From contig CAYYMZ010000001.1 of the NCBI GenBank assembly GCA_964473025.1, positions 24,163-88,162 on the forward strand: a DNA stretch of 64,000 nucleotides. The letters are read 5' to 3'. Position 1 is the stretch's first letter. The number at the start of each line of letters is the position of its first letter. The notes beneath the pieces were generated by a model, which saw only the letters and a program-made list of their open reading frames with translations, made no database searches and had not been told where the DNA came from. The position numbers were made by a program, and so were the translations under genes. The DNA is from an uncultured Candidatus Saccharibacteria bacterium (GTDB lineage Bacteria > Patescibacteriota > UBA1384 > DTJR01). This document shows, piece by piece, positions 1 through 10,153 of the stretch.

Positions 1-28
1 AAAATATCAAATATGACTTTTAACTGAT

Positions 29-1288
29 ATGGAACCAATAATCAAAATCGAGGGTTTAGGGAAAAAATATACGATAGGAACAAGAGAGCCCTATTACGCT
101 CTTCGTGATCACCTCGCTGGTTTTTTCAATTTTAGAAAACCAAAAAAGAAGAAAGAAGAGTTTTGGGCTCTTAAAAATATTAATCTTGAAATCAAGCGAG
201 GCGAAGCGATCGGCATTATCGGGCGAAATGGTGCGGGGAAAAGTACGTTGTTGAAGATTCTCTCGCAAATCACCCCTCCGACCGAAGGCAAGATCATCAT
301 GGAAGGAAGGGTAGCTTCTCTTTTAGAGGTCGGTACCGGTTTCAATCCGGAGCTGACAGGGCGGGAAAATATTTATTTAAACGGCGCGATTTTGGGTATG
401 TCGAGGTCCGAAATCCGGAAAAAATTTAATGAGATTGTCGCTTTCTCCGAAATTGAAAAATTTCTTGATACACCAGTCAAACGCTACTCGAGCGGAATGT
501 ATGTTCGGCTCGCCTTCGCGGTCGCGGCACACTTGGAGCCAGAAATTTTATTGGTTGATGAAGTTTTAGCTGTTGGTGACGCACAGTTTCAAAAAAAATG
601 CCTTGGCAAAATGAGCGAGGTAGGCAAACACGGCAGGACAGTGGTTTTTGTTTCTCACAATATGGCGGCCATATCTAATCTTTGTTCGCGTTGCATCTAT
701 TTGGAGTCGGGTCAGGTTAGATATATCGGCGAAACAAAAAAAGCAATCGAGAGATATATTAGTCAAGCAGATGATGCTTTGGGTATTAAAAAATGGAACT
801 TGAAAGATATGCCTAAATCAGAAAGCGTTCGCCTGGAATCAGTCAGAATCGTCTCCGGTGGCAAGATGACGAGAAGTGTTTATATCAACAAGGAAGTCCA
901 GGTAGAAATCTCATATAACTGTCTTAAACAAGACAGCATTCTACATCCTGTTATTCATCTACGCGATGAGCTTGGGTCTCTGGTTTTTGCTTCAGCAGAT
1001 TTCCCTTCGGCGAATTTGGGTGACAATTATTGGTATGGCAAAAAAAGGCCAGTTGGTGTTTACAAATCGACCTGCATCTTGCCAGCAAATTTTTTGAACG
1101 ACAACACATATCACTTGGATATCGGAATCGCTGATGAAAAACATGCATGGAAAATCAACGAGCTTGATGTTTTGAGCTTCACGGTCGAGGAAACGGGAGA
1201 AATGAAAAAAGAATATATGGGTGAATGGATAGGGGCGATCAGACCGAAGCTTCTCTGGGAAACAGAGCTTTTGAGAAAGGAAAAATAA
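29..1288 (+). CDS. wzt: ABC transporter ATP-binding protein for polysaccharide/O-antigen export (Wzt/TagH type) with extra C-terminal domain
   Basis: Walker A GRNGAGKST, ABC signature LSGGM, Walker B ILLVDE; 419 aa with ~170 aa C-terminal extension as in Wzt; first gene of glycan locus. Confidence 0.8.
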   Translation: MEPIIKIEGLGKKYTIGTREPYYALRDHLAGFFNFRKPKKKKEEFWALKNINLEIKRGEAIGIIGRNGAGKSTLLKILSQITPPTEGKIIMEGRVASLLEVGTGFNPELTGRENIYLNGAILGMSRSEIRKKFNEIVAFSEIEKFLDTPVKRYSSGMYVRLAFAVAAHLEPEILLVDEVLAVGDAQFQKKCLGKMSEVGKHGRTVVFVSHNMAAISNLCSRCIYLESGQVRYIGETKKAIERYISQADDALGIKKWNLKDMPKSESVRLESVRIVSGGKMTRSVYINKEVQVEISYNCLKQDSILHPVIHLRDELGSLVFASADFPSANLGDNYWYGKKRPVGVYKSTCILPANFLNDNTYHLDIGIADEKHAWKINELDVLSFTVEETGEMKKEYMGEWIGAIRPKLLWETELLRKEK

Positions 1289-2985
1289 TGGGTTATGTTC
1301 GGGAAAAATACACAAGAGAATACTTCTTAAGGCAAGATGCTAATGGCAATAAAACAAATATTGGCGTTGAGGGCCTAGAGGAGTTTTTATCTGGAGATAT
1401 AAGAAAGGTGGATAAGAACCTTCTTGGAAAGATCGATTTTAAGGACAAAATTGTAGTTGACTTCGGTTTCGGACGCGGCGAGGCAATTAAGTATATATGT
1501 GAACAAGGAGCGAAGAAGGTTTACGGTGTTGATTTCTCGAAAGCGAGCATTGAAATTGCCTCGAGTATGTTAGAGCACTACGGCCACCGGGCCGACCTGG
1601 AATGTAGTGATGCTCTTGAGTATATGCAAAAGTTTGTTAAAAGTGACAAAACGGTTAAGTTTGACGTTGTTATAATGTTCGATTTTGTTGAGCATATTTC
1701 ACGAAGCGAACTCGGTCAACTGCTCTCGTATCTTAGGAAAACTATGAGCGAGAAGGGGTTGGTTGTTATTAACACTCCTATCTATAAATCTGATAATGAT
1801 GTAATCAAAGAAGGGCTCAAGGAGGAGGCGAGAGACGCAAGCGATGAAATGCCGCAAACAGAAGGTATGCACTGCAATCGATATACCAAAAAATCCTTAA
1901 TTAAATTCATGAAAAGCAATGGTTTTAATGCGATATCCCCTAAATTTTTCTCCCCAAGTTTTAAAAGTGGTTTTGCACTGACAAATGCTCAAAAATGGTC
2001 TAATGCAAAAAGAAATCTTTTCCCCGTACAGGGCCGGTATCGAAAAGATTCGTTCGAAAAAGCCTTAACTAGCGCACAAATTAGAAAAATGGGTTGGAAA
2101 AAAGTCTTTTCCCCAGCTATATTACCCATTATTTTACCTCCAGCATTTTTTATTTTAAAAAACCGACTATTTCCCTCAAAAAAGGTCCCAATCTATAGCT
2201 ACAATCCAATTTGGCATAAAATAAAGGGCGGCGCCTTAAGGGGAAAATGGTTTTATATTGACACTCACGACAATAGTTGGCAGCAAGAAATTATCGAGGG
2301 GACTTATGATAAATTCTTCTTTGATTTTCTGAAAAAATATAACCTTGAGGGTAAAACTATTTTCGATGTGGGAGCTTTTGTTGGCTCCCACAGTTTGGCC
2401 TTTGCTCAGATGGTTGGTAAAAACGGTAAAGTTTTTTCTTTTGAACCAAATGAATTTAATATTAGCCGGATGAAGAAAATCTTTAACAGGAATAAAGACT
2501 TAGGGAAAAGAATCAAAATTGTTAAAGTTGCTCTTTCAGACAAAAACGGTTCCACGGTCTTTAGCTTTAGTAATCAAATAGACAATGGTTTTAGCTCTGG
2601 CGGATTTGTTGAGGGCTCGGATACGCCGAGGGAAGAGGCAGAATATGAAAAAAGTCATTTTAAAAAGTGCTCCGTTAAAAGTGTTAAGCTTGACGATCTT
2701 GAGGCAAGGATGAAAATCAAGGATTCGCCCCTCATCATCAAAATTGATACTGAGGGGGCGGAGGGGAATATTCTCGAATCTGGGCAAAAATATTTAAAAA
2801 AACACAAGCCGATTATCTTGGTCGAAATCCATTCCCCGGAGAATATGATTCACACCGTTCAAGTTTTAAGCAAGCTTGGTTATGAGATTTCAATTTTAAA
2901 AAAAGAGATCGATGGGCGGGTTTTTCTGTCTGCCAACCCAGATATTAAAAATAAATCTTATGCAGAAATTTACCCAAAAAATTAA
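1288..2985 (+). CDS. two-domain methyltransferase: N-terminal class I SAM-dependent MTase + C-terminal FkbM-family methyltransferase
   Basis: ATG at 1288 overlaps wzt stop (TAATG); N-terminal VVDFGFGRGEA SAM-binding motif; C-terminal FDVGAFVGSHSL..IKIDTEGAE typical of FkbM family. ORF-track start 1225 lies inside wzt. Confidence 0.7.
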   Translation: MGYVREKYTREYFLRQDANGNKTNIGVEGLEEFLSGDIRKVDKNLLGKIDFKDKIVVDFGFGRGEAIKYICEQGAKKVYGVDFSKASIEIASSMLEHYGHRADLECSDALEYMQKFVKSDKTVKFDVVIMFDFVEHISRSELGQLLSYLRKTMSEKGLVVINTPIYKSDNDVIKEGLKEEARDASDEMPQTEGMHCNRYTKKSLIKFMKSNGFNAISPKFFSPSFKSGFALTNAQKWSNAKRNLFPVQGRYRKDSFEKALTSAQIRKMGWKKVFSPAILPIILPPAFFILKNRLFPSKKVPIYSYNPIWHKIKGGALRGKWFYIDTHDNSWQQEIIEGTYDKFFFDFLKKYNLEGKTIFDVGAFVGSHSLAFAQMVGKNGKVFSFEPNEFNISRMKKIFNRNKDLGKRIKIVKVALSDKNGSTVFSFSNQIDNGFSSGGFVEGSDTPREEAEYEKSHFKKCSVKSVKLDDLEARMKIKDSPLIIKIDTEGAEGNILESGQKYLKKHKPIILVEIHSPENMIHTVQVLSKLGYEISILKKEIDGRVFLSANPDIKNKSYAEIYPKN

Positions 2986-3025
2986 ACAGACAGTTTTGCA
3001 AAAATTCTTTACGCTTTTTTGTCTG

Positions 3026-3973
3026 ATGCTTGAAAAGCCTTTGTTTTATGACTGGGCCTCAATTTTTTTCTCGAGAGTTGCCGTAAATGGAACGGGTAGC
3101 AATAAATGCTTAAAAAGAGGTTTTTTGCCAGTTCCGGTTCATTTTTATTCTCCGATTCCCGATCTTAAGGACTTAGAGAAACGGAAGGTTTGGGACCAAA
3201 AAAGCAATCTTTCTGGGTTAGAGTTTGACATCAAAGAGCATCTCGCCTTTCTTCAGAGATTGGGTGAAAAATACGGCAAAGAATGTTCTTGGAAATTTGA
3301 GAAAACAGCCAAGGAAAGTGAATTTTACCTTGACAATAAAAGCTTTCTTTTTGGTGACGCCGCTTCCCTACACTCAATAATCAGAGAGTTTAAGCCAAGC
3401 CGGGTAATTGAAATCGGTTCCGGCAACTCATCCAAAATTATTTCCCAAGCCCTGAAGCTAAATAAAGAGGAGGGCGGAAAGAGTGGCGAATACACGATTA
3501 TTGATCCTTATTCTCTTAGGCATATTAGAAAAGGAGTGATAAATTACACGCATTTGATTAAGGAAAGGGTTGAATTAGTCGACCCTAAGATTTTTGAGCA
3601 ACTTGGGAAAAATGACATACTTTTTATCGACTCCAGCCATTCTGTAAAGATAGGGTCGGACGTCAATTTCCTTTTCTTAGAAGTGTTGGGGCGACTCAAA
3701 AGTGGAGTCTTTATACATTGCCACGATATCGACTTGCCTTATGAGTATCCAAAGTGTTATGCCACCGAAGAAAAATTCCACCAATTTTGGACCGAGCGCT
3801 ATCTCCTACAGGCCTTTCTTGCTTTTAACAATCAATTCGAAATTGTTTTGCCAATGGCCTACCTAATGCGTAATTATATTTCACGTTTCAAAAAACTTTT
3901 TCCATCTTATGATCCAAAAAAGCCGGGAGGGCGGCTTAGTATTAGTGTGAGTTTTTGGATGAGAAGAAAATAA
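3026..3973 (+). CDS. SAM-dependent methyltransferase, TylF/Methyltransf_24-like (putative sugar O-methyltransferase)
   Basis: VIEIGSGNSS glycine loop and FIDSSHS motif (D..H.Y-like) typical of Methyltransf_24; start uncertain (alternatives 2960, 2912). Confidence 0.55.
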   Translation: MLEKPLFYDWASIFFSRVAVNGTGSNKCLKRGFLPVPVHFYSPIPDLKDLEKRKVWDQKSNLSGLEFDIKEHLAFLQRLGEKYGKECSWKFEKTAKESEFYLDNKSFLFGDAASLHSIIREFKPSRVIEIGSGNSSKIISQALKLNKEEGGKSGEYTIIDPYSLRHIRKGVINYTHLIKERVELVDPKIFEQLGKNDILFIDSSHSVKIGSDVNFLFLEVLGRLKSGVFIHCHDIDLPYEYPKCYATEEKFHQFWTERYLLQAFLAFNNQFEIVLPMAYLMRNYISRFKKLFPSYDPKKPGGRLSISVSFWMRRK

Positions 3974-3985
3974 AATCGGTGTTTA

Positions 3986-5167
3986 ATGAAAAATAAGATT
4001 GCGATCCTTTCTCACGTCCTGCCTCCCTCGAGCAATGGACAAGCGATCATGCTTTACCGCCTGCTTGAGAAAACCCCGAAACAAGACTACATCTTGATTT
4101 TAAGCAGGAAATATCTCGGCAGAGAAAAAGAGCCAAGAAGTTCAAAAAAACTTGCCGGGAAATATTATACTCTCGAGATACCAAAAGAAACCGAACTAAC
4201 GATCCGCGAGTATATGAAAAAATCATTATACCGGCGTGCGGTCAGCTTTATCAGCACGGTCAGAACTCAAACAAAGCAATTGAAATCAATCCTAATTTCC
4301 GAAAAATGTGAAACGTTAGTTGCCTGCACCGGCGGATTTTTTGATCTTTTCGCCGCCTATCTCGCGGTCAGAAAATTAAAAATCCGCTTTGTGATTTATT
4401 CTTTTGATGACTACGTTTATCAGTGGACGGGAATTTTAAGGGTAATGGTGCGAATGATTGCAAAAAGAGCTTTTAAAAGAGCAGATCAACTGATTGCACC
4501 GAATGAATTTTTGCAAAAAGCATATTTCTCGCGCTACGGTAAAAAAAGCGTTATCGTCCGTAACCCATATATTCCATTTCGCATATCGAAGCAAAAAAAG
4601 GTCTTTAACAAAAAAGAAATCAACATTGTCTACACCGGTTCGGTTTATTTCGCTCATTTTGATGCGTTTAGAAATTTGATCAAAGCAATAGAGCTTTTAG
4701 ATATGCCTGCTAAGCTCCATATTTTTACGGGTCAGCCCAAACAAAAGCTTGAGAAGGAAGGCATTTCCGGTCGGCAGGTTATTTTCCATAAAAACGTTGA
4801 TCAAAGCGAAACCTGCAATGTCCAAAAACAAGCAGATATTCTTTTTTTACCCCTTGCTTTTGATTCTCCGATCGGTGAAACAATTAAAACCTCGGCTCCG
4901 GGTAAGATGGGCGAATATCTATCTTCCGGCCGGCCCATTCTAGTTCATGCCCCCAAGAATTCATACATTAGTTGGTATTTTAAGAAGAATAAGTGCGGCG
5001 TGGTCGCTGATACACCCGATCCAAAGCAATTAGCCGAAGCAATTGCCGAAATGATTAAAAATAAAAGTAAATCAAAAGAATTTATTAGGAATGCAATAAG
5101 ACGAGCCAAGTCGGATTTCTCACTTGAAAAAGCGCGCAAAAACTTTAGCAGTGTAATTTCCGAATGA
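3986..5167 (+). CDS. glycosyltransferase, GT4-like
   Basis: 393 aa; C-terminal GT-B nucleotide-binding fold residues (EXXXG/KxGxxxxSxYxxE-like), stop overlaps next start (ATGATG). Confidence 0.65.
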   Translation: MKNKIAILSHVLPPSSNGQAIMLYRLLEKTPKQDYILILSRKYLGREKEPRSSKKLAGKYYTLEIPKETELTIREYMKKSLYRRAVSFISTVRTQTKQLKSILISEKCETLVACTGGFFDLFAAYLAVRKLKIRFVIYSFDDYVYQWTGILRVMVRMIAKRAFKRADQLIAPNEFLQKAYFSRYGKKSVIVRNPYIPFRISKQKKVFNKKEINIVYTGSVYFAHFDAFRNLIKAIELLDMPAKLHIFTGQPKQKLEKEGISGRQVIFHKNVDQSETCNVQKQADILFLPLAFDSPIGETIKTSAPGKMGEYLSSGRPILVHAPKNSYISWYFKKNKCGVVADTPDPKQLAEAIAEMIKNKSKSKEFIRNAIRRAKSDFSLEKARKNFSSVISE

Positions 5168-6390
5168 TGAAAACATTACTCCTTTCCCCTTCCTTGCCAA
5201 ACAAAAAATCCTCGGGCGGTATCATGATTTGTGATCTCTTGAGCTTGGTCAAAGAAGACGAGATTTTTGCTTTCGTAGCCAGAGACCCGCATTTAAAAAA
5301 CGTTTTAATTGAAAAATATCCTGCTCTTTCTGACATAGAAACAATCAAAAGACCAATAGAGTCGCCTTATAGTTTCCCGAGATGGTTTTTTGATAAAGCT
5401 CTCTCGCGGCAAATCGAAAAAATAAAAGATTTTTATATCAAATGGCGAGTAATTAGAAGAGCAGTTAGGTATGGCAAAAGAAACGGGGTTGAATGTGTTT
5501 GGGCGGTCCTTCAGGGTAAAACAATGATTATTAGTGCCCTTAAAGTTGCAAAAGCACTAGGCGTGCCCTTGATTTCTCAAATTTGGGATGAGCCCAAGTG
5601 GATTCTATCTGACACGGGAATTGACCAAAAAACCAAAGTAAAAATACTTAAGATTTTTGGGGAGACGGTTAAAGCAAGCAAGGTCTGTGCTACTGCGTCT
5701 GAGCCAATGGCTAAGAAATATCAAGACAAATACCGCACTAAAACAGTTGTCTTTATGGGAAGCTTGGATGCAAAAATGGCCCTCTCTGCGGCAAAGCGCA
5801 TAAATTATGGCAATAACTTAAAAATTGGTTTTGCCGGGCAGTTGTACGCAACCTCCGAGTGGAAAGCATTAATCTTGGCACTTGACGAAGTTGACTGGAA
5901 AATTCGCGGTAGGCGTGTTACTATTCACCTCTTGGGCGGGTTTGGTTCATCTGAAATGCAAAATCTGCCATCAAACCGGGTTGTAAATTTGGGCTACAAA
6001 TCACAACAGCAAACAATAAAAATTTTATCAAAAATGGATATCCTTTATTGCCCATATTGGTTCGACGAGGAGCACAGAGGTATTGCCAAAACAAGTTTTC
6101 CCAGCAAGCTAACAACCTATTTTGCAGCGGGTAGGCCGGTATTTTTCCATGGGCCGGAGTATTCCTCACCAGCGAAGTTTATCAGGGAAAACAAATGTGG
6201 TGTATTATGCCACTCGCTGAGAAGCAAAGATATTGTGAAACAATTTGAAGAGCTTTTGAGTGATCGCAAAAGATATAGTCAGATTACGCGAGCAGGGAGA
6301 GTGGCCTTTGATAAATATCTGACTTATGGTAATCTCTCAAATCAGCTAACAGTTTTTCTAAATATAGCGAAAGAGAGTATTTCAAGATGA
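5164..6390 (+). CDS. glycosyltransferase, GT4/GT1-like
   Basis: 408 aa; GT-B C-terminal domain similar to neighbour; translationally coupled (4-nt overlaps both sides). Confidence 0.6.
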   Translation: MMKTLLLSPSLPNKKSSGGIMICDLLSLVKEDEIFAFVARDPHLKNVLIEKYPALSDIETIKRPIESPYSFPRWFFDKALSRQIEKIKDFYIKWRVIRRAVRYGKRNGVECVWAVLQGKTMIISALKVAKALGVPLISQIWDEPKWILSDTGIDQKTKVKILKIFGETVKASKVCATASEPMAKKYQDKYRTKTVVFMGSLDAKMALSAAKRINYGNNLKIGFAGQLYATSEWKALILALDEVDWKIRGRRVTIHLLGGFGSSEMQNLPSNRVVNLGYKSQQQTIKILSKMDILYCPYWFDEEHRGIAKTSFPSKLTTYFAAGRPVFFHGPEYSSPAKFIRENKCGVLCHSLRSKDIVKQFEELLSDRKRYSQITRAGRVAFDKYLTYGNLSNQLTVFLNIAKESISR

Positions 6391-8675
6391 AAATATTAAT
6401 TGTAGCTTTCTCGGAGAGTATTCATGTTACCCGTTGGATTAATCAGCTGGAAGGCAGCAAAATCAAAGTTTATCTTTTTCCGAGTGTTGACAACGGAGTG
6501 ACTAATAAAGAGCTAAAAGACGCAACCGTTTTTCATTCATTCTACGGGAATCTGTCTTATCGAAATAAAAATGTAAAAACCAAAGGCATTCCAGTTTTAA
6601 GCCACTTGATTGGAATTGTGCTGAGGATGATTTTAAAAAAAATCAGACCTAATTATCACCAGGAGCGCCTGCGCCGGGTTATTAAAAAGATCAGGCCGGA
6701 TATTATTCATTCGATGGAGATTCAACATTCGTCTTATCTGGTTAGCGAGATTAAAAATAACTGGAAAGGAAATTTTCCGAAATGGATTGTAACTAACTGG
6801 GGAAGCGACATCTATCTTTACGGACAGCTTCCAGAACATCGAGAGAAAATAAAAAAGGTGCTAAGCTCTTGCGATTACTATTCATGTGAATGTCAAAGAG
6901 ATATTTTGCTCGGCAAAAAACACGGATTTTCAAAAGCCACTCTGCCAGTTTTTCCAAATTCTGGCGGGTTTAATTTGAAGAGATTAAAAAAAATTCGCGA
7001 AAAAATACCGCCCTCAAAGAGAAGGACGATTATCGTAAAGGGTTATCAAGGTTGGGCTGGAAGGGCCCAAGTGGCTCTACATGCGCTTGATTGTTGCGGA
7101 AAGCTGATAGATGGTTACCGCCTTGTAGTTTATTCTATCCAGCCTGATACGGGCGTTGGAATTGCCGCAGAACTTTTAGCTCAAAAATATAACTTGAGAC
7201 TAGTCCTTGTACCACTCCATACATCCCATGAGCAGATCCTAAAATATATGTCTCAAGCGCGGATCTCGATTGGTGTAAGTATTTCCGATGCAATTTCGAC
7301 AATGGTTTTAGAAGCGATGGTTATGGGATCCTTCCCGATCCAATCCAACACCTCCTGCGCTAATGAGTGGATCAAATCTGGCAAAACAGGTATGATTGTT
7401 CCGCCGGAGGATCCGGAGGTAATCGAGCGAGCAATAAGAAATGCTCTCACAAATGACAAGCTTGTCGACCGCGCCGCGCTCTTGAATTGGAAGGTGGCCG
7501 AGAAACAACTGGATCACAAATTAATAAAAAAGAAAATTATAAGGTTTTATAATGAGGTAACAAATATGAAAACAAATAAAACGTTTGTAACAGGAATTTT
7601 TGGTAGTGGCAAAACAACCTTTGTCAAGAAGTATGCCAAGGAGAACAAGATTAAACTTATTTCCTTTGATTGGAGCTTTAATTATCGCATAAAAGGAAAT
7701 CAATCACGCCGAATTTTACAAAATCTGCCGGAGCGTTTTGTGATGGACGCAATTCCAATCGACGAACAGGGTAGTTGGGATGATTTTATTGAGTATGAGA
7801 AAAAACGCGACGACGTTTCGGTCGTCTGTATTTATTGTCCCTCGATGAGCGTTTGGTTGAGAAGGGTTGGCAAGAGGCGGTCTATTATAAGGGTTGGCAA
7901 GAGAGCGGTCTATTATAAGGATTTTATGGGCGCCTTAAAATACTCGGCTAAAAAAACTCTGAGAAAGAGAATTATTCCTATTAACATTGAAGAGTTAAAT
8001 AAAGATTACCGCAGTTTTTTCACCGGCACTTTGACATCATTAAAAAAGTTCAAATCTGTCCGATATTATGACTCCTGCGCCAATGAATATACTACCCTTG
8101 GGGAGATGCTAAAGAGAATCAAAATTGACACCTTCCCATTCCAGGACTATCTCCAGAGTCGGCCCGAAGGTTATGACAAATACTATCAGGATATCGAAAT
8201 AATCAATTTCAAGGGATATTCAGAATCCTACAAAACATGGAATATTATCAAGGATTTAGTTAACTGGAAGGGAAAGGATGTAGTTGATTTAGGTTGCTTT
8301 CAAGGTTATTTTTCGTTTAAAGCCGAAGATGCCGGGGCTAACGTTATCGGCCTGGAAAAAAGCGAAACGGTTTTGAAAACAGCTAGATGGATAAATAAAT
8401 TAAGGGGTGGAAAGGTAAAATTAAGACAATGGGAGGGCGGAGAACTTATTCCGAAATGCGACATCGTTTTGTGTCTTAACGTCCTTCATCATTTTCCCGA
8501 CCCTGATAAGGTTATTGAGATGATGAATTGTAAAAAAATGATCTTCGAGATTAACAAAAAAGATCGGCCGATAGTTGAAAGACACTTGAAAGTTATAAAA
8601 ACCGTCCGGTCCCAAAGGGTAAAAAGGACGATTCTATTATGCGAGGCCAAGAAAGATCTTAAGAAATCTGCCTAA
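6387..8675 (+). CDS. three-domain fusion protein: N-terminal GT4-like glycosyltransferase, central P-loop NTPase/kinase-like domain, C-terminal class I SAM methyltransferase
   Basis: GT-B motif SISDAISTMVLEAMVMG; Walker A GIFGSGKTT at ~aa 405; MTase motif VVDLGCFQGYF..VLCLNVLHHF at C-terminus; 762 aa. Confidence 0.65.
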   Translation: MKILIVAFSESIHVTRWINQLEGSKIKVYLFPSVDNGVTNKELKDATVFHSFYGNLSYRNKNVKTKGIPVLSHLIGIVLRMILKKIRPNYHQERLRRVIKKIRPDIIHSMEIQHSSYLVSEIKNNWKGNFPKWIVTNWGSDIYLYGQLPEHREKIKKVLSSCDYYSCECQRDILLGKKHGFSKATLPVFPNSGGFNLKRLKKIREKIPPSKRRTIIVKGYQGWAGRAQVALHALDCCGKLIDGYRLVVYSIQPDTGVGIAAELLAQKYNLRLVLVPLHTSHEQILKYMSQARISIGVSISDAISTMVLEAMVMGSFPIQSNTSCANEWIKSGKTGMIVPPEDPEVIERAIRNALTNDKLVDRAALLNWKVAEKQLDHKLIKKKIIRFYNEVTNMKTNKTFVTGIFGSGKTTFVKKYAKENKIKLISFDWSFNYRIKGNQSRRILQNLPERFVMDAIPIDEQGSWDDFIEYEKKRDDVSVVCIYCPSMSVWLRRVGKRRSIIRVGKRAVYYKDFMGALKYSAKKTLRKRIIPINIEELNKDYRSFFTGTLTSLKKFKSVRYYDSCANEYTTLGEMLKRIKIDTFPFQDYLQSRPEGYDKYYQDIEIINFKGYSESYKTWNIIKDLVNWKGKDVVDLGCFQGYFSFKAEDAGANVIGLEKSETVLKTARWINKLRGGKVKLRQWEGGELIPKCDIVLCLNVLHHFPDPDKVIEMMNCKKMIFEINKKDRPIVERHLKVIKTVRSQRVKRTILLCEAKKDLKKSA
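7862..7916 (+). repeat. imperfect tandem duplication (27 nt + 28 nt) inside the fusion-protein CDS
   Basis: gttggcaagaggcggtctattataagg / gttggcaagagagcggtctattataagg; extra nt in copy 2 makes the two copies read in different frames (VGKRRSIIR vs VGKRAVYYK) yet ORF stays open. Confidence 0.85.
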
Positions 8676-8736
8676 TCAGCTGGGTTGACTCTAAAGTATT
8701 ATCTGATAGTTTATAAAAAAATAGCAGAGGTGAAAT

Positions 8737-9687
8737 ATGAAAGTATTAGTTGTTGGTGGAGCGGGATATTTGGGCGGTGCAGTCACGGACCTTTTGGCCC
8801 AAACCGATCATAAATTCAGGGTCTACGATGCCCTTTTGTACGAAGATGCATATTTAAAAAAAGTTGACTTTGTTTATGGTGATATCCGCGACAGAAAAAA
8901 ACTTTTAACTAATCTAAGATGGGCCGACGTGGTCGTGTTTTTAGCGGCACTAGTCGGAGATGGCGCCTGTGCCATCAATCCCGATATCTCGACAGAGTTA
9001 AACCACCTTGCCGTTGCTTGGTTGGCTGAAAATTTTGATGGCAGAATTATTTTTATGTCAACCTGCTCGGTTTATGGGGCGCAAGATGAGATTTTAAACG
9101 AAAAATCACCGATTAATCCATTGTCAGTTTATGCTGTGACTAAATTTGCCGCTGAAGTTCACCTTAAGAACAAAGATGCCATTATTTTCCGCCTCGGAAC
9201 ACTTTTTGGTGTCTCGGATGAATTTTCTAGGATTCGACTTGACTTAGTTGTAAATACGATGACCGCAAAAGCATATTCTGAAGGAGAGCTTAAAGTTTTT
9301 GGCGGTACGCAATACAGGCCGCTACTGCACGTCAAAGATGCGGCTCAGGCGATTGTGGATAATCTTGAAACCAAGCACAAAGGAATCTATAACTTACATA
9401 AAATAAATATCAAAATTTCTGATTTGGCCGAGGAGGTCAAAAAGCAATTCCCCAAAGTAAAAATTGAAAAGGTAAAAATGAAATTCGAAGATTCCAGAAA
9501 TTACCGGGTTTCATCTGATTTGGCCAAAAAAACCTTCGGGTTTAATCCACAATACTCGCCTTCTGATGGGATCAAAGAGCTTAAGAAAATTCTAGAAGAG
9601 GGACGGATTAGAGATCTTAATAGTCCGCGGTATACCAATCAAATGTTTTTAACACAATTTAATACCCATAAGTTGTGCAAGGAGTAA
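8737..9687 (+). CDS. NAD-dependent epimerase/dehydratase (SDR family, sugar-nucleotide modifying)
   Basis: N-terminal VVGGAGYLGG Rossmann motif; YxxxK-type SDR; good SD gaggtg upstream. Confidence 0.75.
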   Translation: MKVLVVGGAGYLGGAVTDLLAQTDHKFRVYDALLYEDAYLKKVDFVYGDIRDRKKLLTNLRWADVVVFLAALVGDGACAINPDISTELNHLAVAWLAENFDGRIIFMSTCSVYGAQDEILNEKSPINPLSVYAVTKFAAEVHLKNKDAIIFRLGTLFGVSDEFSRIRLDLVVNTMTAKAYSEGELKVFGGTQYRPLLHVKDAAQAIVDNLETKHKGIYNLHKINIKISDLAEEVKKQFPKVKIEKVKMKFEDSRNYRVSSDLAKKTFGFNPQYSPSDGIKELKKILEEGRIRDLNSPRYTNQMFLTQFNTHKLCKE

Positions 9688-9688
9688 A

Positions 9689-10153
9689 ATGCCAAAAGAA
9701 AAAGAATCAAATGAAGAAAAACCATATTTAATTGAGGGTGGAATTGCTATCGATGATCGAGGTCAGCTTGTATTTTCAAACGATTTTGATTTCAAGGGTA
9801 TCAAGAGATTTTATATGGTCGCAAACCATAAAGAAGGAATGGTGCGCGCTTGGCATGCCCACAAAAAAGAGGCGAAGTATGTTCTGGTCACAAATGGCGC
9901 GGCAGTTGCGGGAGCGGTCAAGGTAGACAATTGGGAAAATCCTTCTAAGTGGGTAGAAGTTAATCGCTTTGTCCTCTCGGCTAAAAAACCTTCTCTTTTG
10001 TATATTCCGGCGGGTTATGCTAATGGTTTTATGAACTTGACTGCTGATACTCAAATTATGTTTTTCTCGACCTTGACACTAGAGGAATCAAAGGGCGACG
10101 ACTTCCGTTTCGATGCCAGATATTGGGATATCTGGGAGGTTATTGAGCGTTAA
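9689..10153 (+). CDS. cupin-fold WxcM/FdtA-like sugar 3,4-ketoisomerase domain protein
   Basis: 154 aa; RAWHAHKKEAKYVLV..PAGYANGF resembles dTDP-4-keto-6-deoxyhexose isomerase/epimerase cupins. Confidence 0.5.
   Translation: MPKEKESNEEKPYLIEGGIAIDDRGQLVFSNDFDFKGIKRFYMVANHKEGMVRAWHAHKKEAKYVLVTNGAAVAGAVKVDNWENPSKWVEVNRFVLSAKKPSLLYIPAGYANGFMNLTADTQIMFFSTLTLEESKGDDFRFDARYWDIWEVIER

Noticed and set aside
7862-7916. Possible CRISPR-like repeat
   Set aside because: Only two adjacent copies with no spacer; they lie inside a continuous CDS, so a tandem duplication and not an array. No CRISPR array or cas gene in window
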